Positions 28,790 to 45,117 of a DNA stretch of 64,000 nt are shown piece by piece (within the stretch, counting starts at the first letter, position 1; every line of letters starts with the position of its first letter). Source of the DNA: the human T2T-CHM13v2.0 reference genome, Homo sapiens; NCBI RefSeq assembly GCF_009914755.1, contig NC_060945.1; one strand, 5' to 3'. The notes below the pieces were generated by a model. That model worked only from the letters and a program-made list of their open reading frames with translations. It made no database searches and had not been told where the DNA came from. A program made the position numbers and the translations under genes.

Positions 28790-29118
28790 TGTTGTAGAAT
28801 TTTCTCCTTAGTTCAGCTAAAACCAGGGTCTTGTCACATGACCAGGAAAGATTAGGCTCGCAGACACACAGAAGGGTGAGAAAAATGGAATTTTATTGTT
28901 TGAAAAGGAAAAAAAAAAAAAACACAGCAAAGCGAGAGAGGTTTCTGTAAACAGGCCCACATCTCACAGACCAAACCCCAGGTTACCACCCAGGAACAGG
29001 AGAGGCCAGGATCCTCCCCGCTGCAAACAACTGGAACTTCCCAAGACCCCGCCCCATCTTCCCAGTGAGCAAGTCGGTTGCAGATTCTCCAGGGAGCCCT
29101 TTTTACTTGGCTGTCTCA
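28790..29118 (-). mobile_element. MER61-like ERV1 solo LTR
   Basis: TGTTGTAGAATTTTCTCCTTAGTTCAGCTAAAACC...TTTTACTTGGCTGTCTCA with 4-bp TSD ATAA. Confidence 0.8.
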
Positions 29119-29885
29119 ATAACACCTACTAATAAAAATGCAGTGGAGGTCTTAGGCTTGTGGGAACCTCAACCACCATTCTTTTATTTTAAAACCACGA
29201 TCTGACATCTAAGTTAATGTATCCTTCTTTCAAGTTGTCTGTTTGAAAGGCTCTGACCTTTTTCCAGGATTAACATCAAAACTTCTCTCAAGAACCTCCC
29301 TGACACAGCTTTTCAGACCCACCTTTTTAGTCCTAGGATAATTTCACTGACTTTGACAACTCACTTTATTCGTCGGATTAATCGCAAACTGACTTCTCGT
29401 TGTTACAAAAGGGTGAGCTCTCCCTTAGATGGAATGTGTTGTCACCACTCTTTAATATTCTAAACAAGGCCTGAAAAAAAGGTGTTTGCCACATGCTTTA
29501 AGCTGTCGTAGGAGCAAGAGTGTAAGCTCACAAGCCAGCTACTCAGAAGAGGCCAATTTTTATTTAGAAATTTAAGCCCTGTTACATTCATTTATTTTTA
29601 AAGTACCTTGATTTTATAATTCCACCTGTTTATGACAAAACCACTGTTTTTCACAGGAAGCACAAAATTCATTTAGGCAAAGAAGTGTGAAAATGAATGA
29701 AGTTCTGCTCCAGCTCAGCTTCAGAGGAACCAAAGCCACTTGTACCACAGAGGATTCTACAAGGTCCCAACTGATCCCAAATGGCTTCCTACTAACTGTC
29801 ACAGAGCCGAATCACACACCATTAGATTCACTGCTTAGGTCTGGTGTTATCAGAGGGCCTGCCCCAATATATGGACATGTCATGA

Positions 29886-30207
<322 letters not shown>

Positions 30208-32277
30208 TCCACCATCTTTTATCATCTTGATTAGATAAACTGTGGGAAGCAGAGAGCAGTAGCCTGGGGAAAGGGGCTTGGGTAGACAAGCTTTGATGCG
30301 TGAGTTGTCTGCAGAAACACCAGAAGCATGAAAGAGTTTGGCATTGAGCTGCTGAGCTCAGGAGGTAGCTGCAGACACAGGGCTCCTGGCTGAGCCCTGG
30401 AGGTGGTGGGAACATGGGGCTGTGGCAGCCTCAGGGCCTGTGTCAGCCAGGTGCCCCTTGAGCAGGGGAGCAGAGTCACTGTGAGTGTTATGAGAAAAAA
30501 ACTTTTATTGTAGAAATTAGACCTTGTATAGTTGTGGAGGGAGCTGAAGAAGCCAAAGTCTCAGGGGCAGGGGGTGCGAGGAGAGGATCCTTGGTGGCGA
30601 TACCAGCCAGTCACTTTGAGAAGCCAAACACACCTTGCTGCCAAATGAGGCCACAGAGGTAGAGGGCAGGAAGGGGGTTGCCGCTGACACTGTGTCACCT
30701 CTTAGGGTCTACAGCCAAACACCTAGGAAGACCAGCAGTCAGCATCACGGGCTCGGCAGAAGAGAGGACAGAGGACGCCCGCTGAAAACCCCGAGCGACC
30801 GCTACATCTACCCACCACCACATCTGGCTGATCAAAAGGCCTCCAGACAGCAACGGCCACGGCTTCACGTCTGCTTTTAAAATCTCACTCAAATTTCCCT
30901 TTGGGCTAGCTCTAACTCAAAACCACACGGGGACCTTTCAGCTGTAGATTCTGAAGAAGTTTGTTATGGAAACATGGCCTCATTAGAATAATCGGGGAGT
31001 GGATAGGTTAGATTATTGATTGGAAATATTCATTCTTCACCCTCCCATCCTCCCATGAAGGATAGAGTGTATTTTCCTATTCCTTGACTTTAAGTTTGTC
31101 CATGTGCCTTGCCTCAGCCAGTGGAATGAGGCGATTGAGGATGTGCCAATTCTAAGCCTAGGATTAAGAGGCTTCATGGGTTTCCACTCAAATTATTTTG
31201 CTCTGCCATGGACATGAGACTAGACTACCAGGTTGGACTCTTGCTTCTAACAGGAGGATAAGAGACATAGGCAGAGTTGAACCAGTCCAGCTGAACCCAC
31301 TATACATCAGCCAAATGCTGGCTGACCTCCAGATGTGTGAGCAAACCTACCAAAATCAGCAGACCCGGATTAATCAACCCAACCTAGATTAGCTGACCCC
31401 CTGCTGACTCCCAGATGCATGAATTACATAAATGCCTACTGTTGTATGCCACTGAGCTTGTGCGGTTGTGTCTTACACAGCATTACTATGGCCATAAGAA
31501 ACCAGAACAGAAATTGGTACCAGAAGTGGAGTGCTACTCTAACAAAAACCCAAGATATGTTGAATTGGTTTGGGGACCAGTGGAAGGAAGTAGAGAAACC
31601 TAAAGAGGCTGAGAAGATGATGAGAGAAAATAACTTGAGGATGCTGAACAGTAATGATTCATGTTAAGGAGTCTGAAATAGAAAATGTACCCAATTAACT
31701 TATGAATCTAGGCATGGACATCTCCAGGCAGAATACTGAAAGTGTGGGTTGGTTGCTTTTGACTTCAAAAAGGAGATGAGCTCAGAAAAGAACTGGCCAG
31801 TTTGTAAGCAGAATTTGGAGGGAATATGAAGAATTTGGAACGTGCTGAGTTAGAAAATAAAACTGTTTCTCATTTCCAGCCTTTCCAGTCAGCAAAATAT
31901 TTTCAAATTAGGATACAGCCTGGGAGCAATAATCAACCCCAGGGTGCTTCCAGCAAGGCCTGACCTCAGAGTAAAGACCAAATCAAACACACAGTTGCAA
32001 GATACATTGTTAAGAACTTCATAAGAATTAAGGTGGAGTCTAGTAATCCTTTCAATTGTTCAAAAAGATTTTTAGAAAACTTAAGGGTGGGATGTGAGAG
32101 CAGTCTGATACACCACCTATAATACCAGTAAGCACATCGAGAAAGGAATATTTTTAAATGAATTACGGATATGGTTTTTGGTACATAGACTAGACGGAAA
32201 CCAAATATATATAAAATACACAAATTTTTCTGAGAGAGCCAGAAACTGTTCCAAATATAAAAGGATCCCTGGGCCCC

Positions 32278-32318
32278 TGTATTTGAGTTCTCCAGAACTC
32301 TGAATAGTTCGATAGATG

Positions 32319-32394
<76 letters not shown>

Positions 32395-32503
32395 GCTAGC
32401 TAGCTATGGGGGATGGAGAAGGATTGATTTTAAGGAATTGGATCATATAATTGTAGAAGTTGGCAAGTCCAAAATCTGAGTTCTCCAGAACTCTGAAGAG
32501 TTC

Positions 32504-32546
<43 letters not shown>

Positions 32547-32939
32547 CAGATAGATAGATAGATGATAGAGAGAGAGAGAGATGATAGATATGGAGGGATG
32601 GAGAAGGATTGATTTTAAGGAATTTTAAGGAATTGGATCATATAATTGTGGAAGCTGGCAAGTCCAAAATCTGTAGGGAAGGTCAGCAGGCTTGTGACCC
32701 AGGGAAGAGTCAGTGTTGCAGCTCTAGTCCAAAGGCAATTTACAGACAGAATTTTCTCTTCTCCAGAGGAAATAGTCTTTTATCAGCCTTCAGCTGATTG
32801 GATGAGGCCCACCCACATTATAGAGGGTCATCTGCATTACTCAAAATCTACTGGTTTAAATATCATTCCCGTCCAAAAATTGACCAAATATCTGGATTCC
32901 ATGGTCTAGCTAACTTAACACACAAAAGTAACCATCACA
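32278..32939 (-). mobile_element. MLT2-type (ERVL) LTR with internal tandem duplication
   Basis: TGTATTTGAGTTCTCCAGA...CAAAAGTAACCATCACA; TSD GCCCC / GTCCC. Confidence 0.85.
32311..32590. repeat. Two compound (GATA)n/(GACA)n tetranucleotide microsatellites
   Basis: Arrays at about 32311-32405 and 32505-32590. Confidence 0.95.
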
Positions 32940-34307
32940 GTCCCAACGTTCTTCAAAATGAAAGCCAACTGGGAAAGTTTCTGGGCCACCAATAGAGCAC
33001 ATTTTCTGAAATCTTTTTCAGAAGTGCCCCAGGAGATGATACAAAAGGGAGAGGAACTCAGAGAACAGAGCCAAGACTTATGCCAAACAACAGAATGAGG
33101 AACTAGACTCAGTGACCTGAACCTGGGGCTAATCAGAGAACACTCAACGTCATCAATGCAGGGGAGCCTGGCAACATTTGCCAAGTGAGATTTCAAAATT
33201 GCTATGGACCAGTGACTAATATGTGCCTCCCATTCTTCTCCCTTTTACCTAGGTGTGCTTACTATAAGTATCCTGTCCTCATTTTACTATATTATTCTGA
33301 ATGTGTGTGTACAGGAGAGAAATCAATGTGTTCTTTTACTTCGAAAGGAGTGAAGAGGAGTTACATCTTGCCCTGATGTAGACCATGAGATCTTGAACTT
33401 TGAGTCTAACACCGTGATTGGATGAAACTTTTGGAATCTTCCTATTGAGGTTAACGTATTTTGATTAATATTATTAATAAGAGGGTGATTGTATCAACTT
33501 ATTATTCAGACATTCATTTTCTCCTCCCCCAATACACACACACACACACACACAAAAGCAGAGCATGTATTACTGCCTCTAGACTTTAGGAATGCCATAT
33601 GACTTGCTTTGGTCAACAGAGCAATGTGGAATTGTTGGTGTATCAGGCCTGAGCCTAGCCCTTTTGAGGTCTCATGTGTTTCCACTTGCTTTCTTCATGG
33701 GAAAACATGTCCAGGTGAGCTTGCTGGTCACATAAGGAAAGCAATAGTCACAAGGCAGTGGAGATCAGCCCAGTGTAGATCAGCTGACCCGCCAATTCAT
33801 AGATGCATGAGCAAGTCCAGGCAAGATTGGAAAAGCCAAGCCAAATAAGTTGAGCCTAGATTAGATCATCTATCCCCAGACACATGATGCAAAATAAATA
33901 AGCTTTTTGTTGTATAAAGTTGAGTTTTTTCTGGGTTAGTCCATTTGTGTTGCTATAAAGGAAACCTTAGGCTGGGTAATTTATAAAGAAAAGAGGCTTA
34001 TTTGGCTCACAGTTCTGCAGGCTGTGCAAGAAGCATGGCGCTAGCATCTGCTTCTGGTGAGGGCTTCAGGGAGCTTTCCAATCATAGTGAAAGGGAGAGA
34101 AGAGCCAGCATATCACATGGCAAGAGAGGGAGCAAGAGAAAGGAGAGAAGGTGCCAGGCTCTTTTAAACAACCAAATCTCATGTGCACTAATAGAGTAAG
34201 AATTCCCTTATTGCCGCAAGGAAGGGACCAAGGCTTTTATGGGAAATATGCACCCAAGACAAAAAAGTCACTAAGCAGGCCCCATCTCCAACACTGAGGG
34301 TCAAATA

Positions 34308-34642
34308 TCTCCCTCCCTCCTCCTTCTTTCCTTCCTTCCTTCCTTCCTTCCCTGACACAAACACCACTCACCAAGCCCCACCTCCAACATTGGGAGTCAA
34401 ATTTCTTTTTTCTTTCTTTTCTTTCTTTCTTTCCTTTCTTCCTTCCCTCCTTCCTTCCTTCTTTCCTGCCTTCTTTCTTTCTTTTTCTTTCCTTCCTTCC
34501 TTGCTTCTTTCCTTCCTTCTTTCTTTTTCTTTTCTTTCCTTCCTTCCTTGCTTCTTTCCTTCCTTCTTTCTTTCTTTTTCTTTTCTTTCCTTCCTTCCTT
34601 CCCTCTTTCCTTCCTTCTCTCTCTCTCTCTCTTTCTTTCTTT
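34308..34642. repeat. Complex (TTCC)n/(TTTC)n pyrimidine repeat
   Basis: (TTCC)6 at 34328-34351 and a long TTTC/TTCC block at 34402-34642. Confidence 0.95.
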
Positions 34643-34777
34643 CGACAGGTTCTGGCTTGGTCACCCAGGCTGGAGTGGAGTGTGGTGGCATGACCTCTGC
34701 CTCCTAGGCTCAAGCCATCCTCCCACCTCAGCCTCCCGAGTAGCTGGGACTACAGACTCATGCCACCATACCCGGCC
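34643..34777 (-). mobile_element. Alu right-arm monomer (FRAM/AluJ-like)
   Basis: GACAGG...GTCACCCAGGCTGGAG...GCCACCATACCCGGCC. Confidence 0.8.
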
Positions 34778-35029
34778 ACGAATCAAATTTCAACGTGAGA
34801 TTTGGAGGGGACAAATATTCAAACTATATCACTTTCTGATTGCTTGTGATACAACATTCTTGTGAGCATAGGACATCTATACAAGAAGTAAGCTGGAAAA
34901 AGCTTTAGGAGAATTAATAGGGGAGGGAAAATAATATTTAATGATGGCTTATAACATTGTACTTTTTTTAATTCTTAGTAAAAAATAAGATGAGATAGAG
35001 TATTGACAGATGCCTCGTATTTAATGTAA

Positions 35030-36697
<1,668 letters not shown>

Positions 36698-38646
36698 TAT
36701 ATTTCTTAATTTCTCTCTTTCTCTCACTTCTCACATCCCATTCATCAGCAAATTCACTTGGTGCTTCCTTGAAAATATATGCAGAATCAAAAAATGTGTC
36801 TCATCCCTACTACCTGCTTCAGATATTTTTACAAATTTTATTTTTTTACAGATTTTATTTCACAGATTTATATTTTTAAAGATATTAATGACAATGGCAC
36901 TTATTGAGGGATTTATGTTTTGACTCCTTTAACTCTCTTGACAAGTACTACTGCTATCCTCACTTCACAGCTGAAGAAACTGAGGCACAGAGATGCCTCA
37001 GTTTCAGCTGGGGTAAGTGGATTACCCCAGCCACACAACCAAGATAGAGGAGAGATAGAATTTGAACCCAGGCAGTTTGGTTCTAGAGTCCACAGTCTTT
37101 GCCATTTTCTTTCTGAGTCCCAGAAGTGTCCACAATTACACTAGACAGCTGATCAGACCACAAACTCCATTCTTTTTTGGGGGCTTGAATTTTTACTTTT
37201 TGGTAATTTTTTTTCCAATTGTGAAAGCAATACATGTTCATTGTAGGAAATGTGAATAAGAAAAAAAAATGAAGAATATTAATCTCTTAGGAATGCTGTT
37301 CATATGTGGTTGATTTTATTCCAAATTTTTTTCATCTAAGTATGTATGTCAAATATTTGATGCAAAATTAGTATCACGCAATATACTTTTACATTTTGTC
37401 TTACTTTTTACAATTTTAATATTGTGTCAGGAAACACTTGCTGTGTTAATATTCTTAGAAAATAGAATTTAAAATGCCTACACAATAGTGCAGTGAACAT
37501 GTCTTTTAATTTATTTAGAAATGTTCTTACCCTTAAGTATTTAGCTTGTCTTAGGTTTTGGTTTGGAGTAAATGAACATGTACATAAATTTCTGTGTCTG
37601 TTGCTGGATTACTCATTAGGACAATTCCTAGTAACAGAACAGCTGATTCGGAGGGCATGCCTGTGGCTGATATGGGGCTTGATTTATACTTGCAAATGGT
37701 GCTTCCAAAGTATTTGACCAATATGCATTCCCCCAGTGGTAGAGAAGACCCCGGTGCTCCCTTGCTAGAGGTTGTTTGGCTGAGTCATGCTGCCTCCCCA
37801 GCATACACAAAATGGATCTTACAGACGAGAAAATAAGGCTTAGACCAACTGGGTGACTTATGTGAGATTAGTGACAAAACCAAGCAGGGACAACAAATTG
37901 TGTTTCCTCCAAACCAGAAGAAAGAGACACGAACCAAGTGACACCCAACTGGCAGAGATACCACAGCTTGAAATGTCACCTCTCCGCCCACCAACTCCAC
38001 CCCAGCCCCTGGCCACCCACAGACTCTCTTGCAAAGCAAACACAGCATACTATGTCTTCAGCGATTCCAGAAACTTCGCCTCTTGGAACCTGCCGGAACA
38101 TTTCCAAATCATGGCCAAATTATAATTTCTCTCACCCACACAGTCACCAAATGACCCATGTGATGAGGAATTTGCTATCCATGGCAGACAAGATCCAACA
38201 CCAATAAAATGTCCTGGCCCCGGGCTGTTCAAAGGAAAGCCTCTGTTTTTAAACCTCGTATTAAAAATAAATACATAAAGTTGACAGCTGTCAGCAAGAC
38301 GTACGTGAACTAGAAACTCAGGTCATTGTCTTTTGCCTTTTTCTTAAAACAAGATGGGGTTTCTGTCCTCTATTGTGATTTGAGCCACAGCAGAGGGACC
38401 ACAGCTTGTTTTAGGATTGCAGTCAAAGCTATCACTGGAAGAACAATTTGTATTGCTATGCCAAAGCTGGGCTGCATATTAAAATATTCCCACTTCTCCT
38501 TTTGTAACTTGGAGTTTCTCATTTCTTTTTCCAAATGTCTATCAAAAATAATCTTTTTTTAAAAGAATAGCAACTTAGCCCTTGAATCATTAATTTTATT
38601 TTTTTCAATCTACTTTAAATATATATATATATTTAAATGCAGAGAT

Positions 38647-39011
38647 TGTCTTAGTCCGTTCAGGCTGCTATAATGAAGTATCATAGACTGGGTGGCTCAT
38701 ACACAACAGAACTTTATTTCTCACAGCCTCGGAGGCTGGAAGTTGGAGATCAGGCTGCTGGTATGGTTGGTTGGGTTCTGGTGAGGGCTCCCTTCCAGGT
38801 TGCAGATGGCTGCCAACTTCTCATTGCATCCTCGCACGGTAGAAAGAGAACTACCAAGTTCTCTGGCCTCTTCTTATTAAGATGCTAATCCCATTTATGA
38901 GGGCTCCACCCTCATGACCTCCCAAAGCTCCCAGTACCAAGTACCATCATCTTGGGATTAGAGTTTCAACATATACATTTTGAGGGGAACATAAATATTC
39001 AGTCCATTGCA
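38647..39011 (-). mobile_element. MLT1A0-like LTR
   Basis: TGTCTTAGTCCGTTCAGGCTGCTATAA...ATTCAGTCCATTGCA. Confidence 0.85.
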
Positions 39012-39098
39012 GATATAATGCATTAATTCTGTTTTCATCATCCACTTTGGAAACAGATATATTCAAAGATAGATATAATACATAAGTTTCCAATTCCC

Positions 39099-39402
39099 TT
39101 TTTTTTTTCTTTTTTTGAGACGGAGTTTCACTCTTGTTGCCCAGGCTGGAGTGCAATGGTGTGAACTACGGCTCACCGCAACCTCTGCCTCCTGGGTTCA
39201 AGCAATTCTCCTGCCTCAGCCTCCTGAGCAGCTGGGATTACAGGCATGTGCCACCACACTAGGCTAATTTTTTATGTATTTTTAGTACAGACGGGGTTTC
39301 TCCATTTTGGTCAGGGTGGTCTCAAACTCCCAACCTCAGGTGATCTACCTGCCTTGGCCTCCCAAAGTGCTGGGATTACAGGCGTGAGCCACCGCGCCTG
39401 GC
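39099..39402 (-). mobile_element. AluSp/Sq-like
   Basis: Reverse dimer; TSD TCCAATTC. Confidence 0.95.
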
Positions 39403-41021
39403 TCCAATTCTTTTTTAATTGGTTAGGATCAACTACATAAAGAGCAGCAAACTTCTGTAACTAAATGCAGGGTTTTACGGAGCTTGAGAGGTCTCTACAA
39501 TTTGTTATCTTTTAGATATTTAGATTTTTTTTCCTTTTAATCTTTATACTCTTATTTCGAACTTTCATTTAATTTTTTAGTTGAAATGAAAGTTAGACTT
39601 AACTGCAAACACTTTAAGATGAGCTCAGTTTCCTGCTCACATATTGTCTTCAGAACCCCATTCCCCACCGGCATCTGATGCCCAGCCAATTCTCGGTACA
39701 CATTTGTCATCTGTTTAGCAAAGAAGAAAGCCTCACAGATGTGAAGTGACTTACCTAGGCTGCATCATAAGACTGACAGAGGCAGGGCCAGAACCTTCTT
39801 CTGAATCAAATTCCGTCCCAACCTCCCTACCCAGAGAGAAAGCCTAGCTAAATTGCTAAATTACCTGCAGGCCAGGCCCTATTCCAGCTGCATGCAATTC
39901 TTTTTTTTTTTTTTTTTTTTTTTTGCCTTGCAATGCACTGGGGGCCATGTTAAGAACATCCTTAGTTCGGTACAACTTTAGACTGGTGGGTTGTTGTCTA
40001 GAAAATATTTTTTCTACTAGAAAATTATTTGTTCAAGCTTTGGGAGAACTTGCAAAAAACATTTTCAACTTTGTTTAAAAATCATAGTTAATGCTTCAAA
40101 ACCCAACCCATGTCCTAATTCCAGTCCTCTCCTCTCTAGAGGAGAGCGTAGGGCTTTTCCTTTCCACCCTGCTGCCCAACCAGTAGCCAGGACCCTTCCC
40201 TGGAGAGGTCACCTGCCCACCATCCTGTCCCCTTCAACCCCCAAGTGCAAAGTCACCAGGTGCCAGCTCCCTATACCCCTCACCCCTCACCTGCACTCTC
40301 TCCTGATGGTGACTCCTTGCAGCCCTCACTTGTACACATGGGCAGGAAAAGGGAGCCAGTTCCTTGGGCATAGGGCTGCCCCCTAGGCAGAAAGATAAAG
40401 ATCCACGCCCTATTCACCCCACCTCTGCCCAGTCCAAGGGAAGCCATCATCAACCTTCCACCATCTCCTTGGCAAACTCCAATTTTTTAACCCACACACC
40501 CAATATCTATTAAAATATTGATTTGTTTTGTAAATAATATACAAGTGTTCAAATAATTTTTATGTGTCCTATAAAAATAAAAGTACTGAAATTTGAGATA
40601 AAAATAGGTATGAAGAGAAATCCTAATATTTTCTTTCAGCACCCCCAGGAGACTGCTTACAGAGGTATTTGCTCGCACACATACACACACTCCTTGAGGT
40701 GTGCACACTCTTCTCAGAACCTTTCCATCCAGCGTGTTCTGGAGCCTGGGTCTGTAGCATCAGTGCTCTGCGTCGACCACTGGGGAGTGGGGAGGGGTGG
40801 GCACCCATCAAACAAGCACTTTAGGCACACTTCACCCATCCTGTCCACCATGGACAGAATGCTAGAGGAAAAAAATTTTCTCATGTTTTTTGCCTGTATC
40901 TGCTTTTGTATTTTTACATTACCAAAGCCCATCCTACTCAGCCTTTAGAATTCTAAAGAATACAATTTATGTAATGTATAGCTGAGGGTATAGGATGGCG
41001 CTCAGTTCAGTATCTTTGTGT

Positions 41022-41650
<629 letters not shown>

Positions 41651-41799
41651 AGCCTCAGTATTTTTAAACCCAAATTATTGCCAGAGAAATTGGTATATTT
41701 ATTCAGATGAAAAATACTTGCATTAGTAAGCGAAAATATCTGTCATCGTCACTTTACAGAAAATGGAAAAGGATGAGGATTGCACAAAAACTAGAAATT

Positions 41800-42335
41800 C
41801 CATCCCGGGTGTTTTTCCTCCTCAGCAACGGGCACAGGTCGTTCCAGTTTTGGCCAGGCGGTGGCGCTCGAGGCAAACGGTGTCATGAAACGGTCACTGG
41901 ATGCACTGACCCTGAAGATGCTCTCAAAGCACGAGTCCGTTCATCAGAGAGTGGACTTGACACCCATCAGAAACATTCCCGGAGTGCGTTGGTGTGAAGG
42001 TGCGAGGAGAGTCGGGGAAGCATCCCGAAGCCCTGCTAGGCGAATGGGTACTGCTGAGATTACAGGGTCAGCACAAAGCAGAATACAGGACCCGAAAATA
42101 ACAGCTGCACCGGAAGAATACTTGACCACTGTTTAAGAAGGAATTTGACGAAGAGCAGTCACCGAGTGCAGCCCTGGGCCGGCTAAAGGAAAAGAAAAAA
42201 AATCACTCAACTGCCGCTCGGCGGCGGGAATGCCAGGCGGGTCAGAGAAGGGAAACAGGGTGCTTTGCAGCCGCGGTGCAGGCGCAGGGCAACCCCCTGC
42301 CCAGCACTGAAGTCTAGAGCAGGCTCTGCGGGTAA
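41800..42335. promoter_or_regulatory. Non-repeat CpG-rich patch, candidate regulatory element
   Basis: About 30 CpGs in about 530 bp by hand count; CTCF-like TGGCCAGGCGGTGGCGCTC (41851-41869); ETS core ACCGGAAG (42109-42116) next to E-box CAGCTG. Confidence 0.55.
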
Positions 42336-42842
42336 ATAGGAGAAAATCCTAGTGAGCCTTATTGTGATTCAACATTTAGAATTTTCCCCCAGTTCTGACC
42401 TTGAGATTTAATAAAAGGCGTTTTCAAGTTACACTGGTTCTCTTTTCATATGGAAATGAATTTGGGGTGATTGTTTTCACTGGTGTCTTATTACTTTACG
42501 AAATTATGAGCACCCCTTTGCAAGGAAAAATACCTTCTGTCCTTTGGATTGCTGGTTAAATACGGGTAATTTTCATTCCTATTTAAATCAACTTGAAAAA
42601 ACAAAAGGAGGCCACGTAGGCAAAAGTTCGTTTTGAGGAAGGAAGTTCTCCTAAAAGCTAGGGTAAGTAGATTTTGCTTCAATCTGCATATTTTTCAAGG
42701 AAAGACTTTTAAAACGAAATGTTTCTAAAACCTGAAATTTTAAAGGCAAATACATAGTCTTTTTAATAAAGCAAAGCATATTCTGCATTCCCACCTTTTA
42801 CGAGAATAAAATAAAATATCTAGAGACAAATACATTTGGATT

Positions 42843-43579
<737 letters not shown>

Positions 43580-44574
43580 GGTTCATTTTCAATTTCTAGA
43601 GAACCTCTAATGGAGTCATAATTATAAAAGTCTCATTCCATTTCTTGGAAATTTGGGGACAGACAGAGAGAGAAGATTATGATTTACAATGGGGCAATAA
43701 GGAAGAATAATGGAAAAAAAAAAGAAAAGAAAAGATCAGCATCCCCTTCAGGAATAACTATGTTTTATGAGGCTGAGCCATGAAGCAACTAACAGAATCA
43801 TATCCCACACCTCTCCCAGTAATGCCCAAGTTCAAGACAAGCTTTGCAGTAAGAGCACCTGAGTCTGTCATTTCATGTCCTATTTTTCTGTTTCATTTTG
43901 TACCAGTCCCTGGAAAATTCTCTGTGACTTCCTTTTCCAGCACATAAGGGCTCATGTCTCTGAGAGAAGCCAAGTCCTATCCTCTCCAGATAGAATGAAA
44001 AACTAGGACTCCTCCCTACCACCCATTCAGCCCATGTGCACAGGAATTCTCTTCCTTCACTCAACTTTCCCACAACCCCCAGAGCATATGTGGATGTTGG
44101 GTTGTTATCTATTAATTGTGTGATTTGGAAAAGGGCAGCAAAATGGAAAGCATATTCCTCAAATGTGTCCTGGGGAGCTGCTTGAAAAACACCTACACAG
44201 AAAGTACAATTGACGCTCTATTTTTTCCAGCTGCACCCCTTCTTCACAACAGATGTACACTTTGGTGAAATACTGCTGGTCTGTAAAAAGGAAAGGTTTA
44301 TTTCTAAAACAGTGTAGTCATTCTCTCCAAAGTTATACCATAACCCAATTTAAAATAGGGTGGGAAGCAACCCACTGAAATTTTGAACCAGCTCTAAATT
44401 AGAGTCCAGAAAAACAAATGCCTAAATAGTTAATTACGGAAAGTCCATCCAGGCTTTGGATATCATGTACAGATCTTTCTATTTTCTTCCAAATAAAGAA
44501 TAATGAAAAGAAATCAGCGGTAGAGCATTTCTGATTAAATACCCAGAATAAATACTCTATGTAAAAAAGACAGT

Positions 44575-44830
44575 GTAGATTCAGTGGTAGAGAATACAGT
44601 TTCTGGAAGTAGATTTCGTAGGTCCAAATCCCAACACTTCAATTTACTAGAGTGGTGACCTTGGGCAAGTCATTCAACCTTTCGGTGACTCAATTTCCTA
44701 ACCTCCAAAGTAGACATAAGAAAATTGCCTCTTGAGATAGCTGTGTGGTATGGGTTGATACTTGTGAAGTATTTGGGATAGGTTCTGTGCTAGGAAAATA
44801 TAAACTGCTCAGCGTATTTTACCATATTAT
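44575..44830 (+). mobile_element. MIR
   Basis: GTGACCTTGGGCAAGTCATTCAACCTTTCGGTGACTCAATTTCC core. Confidence 0.75.
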
Positions 44831-45117
44831 TGTTCCTTTTAACTGATCACTTTTTCTCAACACACAGGTAAAATACTTTACTTTCATCATGTTTCAACAG
44901 CCACGTCTAAAATACCATGTTCTGTAGGGTTTTCAAAACTGTATGTCACTTCACTAGCAAGAAGGGTAAAATGGCTATATGATTTGGAGACGTTCCATAC
45001 AATAAGCATAAAACTGTTAATATTTTTAATATGTTTTGATGTTCTTGGAAACAATCTAAATATCCTACAACAGGGAAATAGGAAACGGTTAAGAAAGTTA
45101 TGGAAGACGGCCATATG

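Larger units (their letters stand above)
33933..34831 (-). mobile_element. MST-type LTR
   Basis: TTAGTCCATTTGTGTTGCTATAAAGGAAACC...TTCAAACTATATCA. Confidence 0.85.
31000..34882 (+). mobile_element. MLT1(H-like) MaLR provirus remnant, LTR-internal-LTR, with nested MLT2, MST and Alu monomer
   Basis: Two similar LTRs (about 31000-31510 and 33480-33930 plus 34832-34882); internal region starts GAAATTGGTACCAGAAGTGG. Confidence 0.65.

Noticed and set aside
28790-29118. p53 response element in the MER61-like LTR
   Set aside because: Some MER61 subfamilies carry p53 sites, but I found no paired RRRCWWGYYY match in this copy
32311-32590. Assignment to a named D21S forensic or linkage marker
   Set aside because: Cannot be verified from the sequence alone
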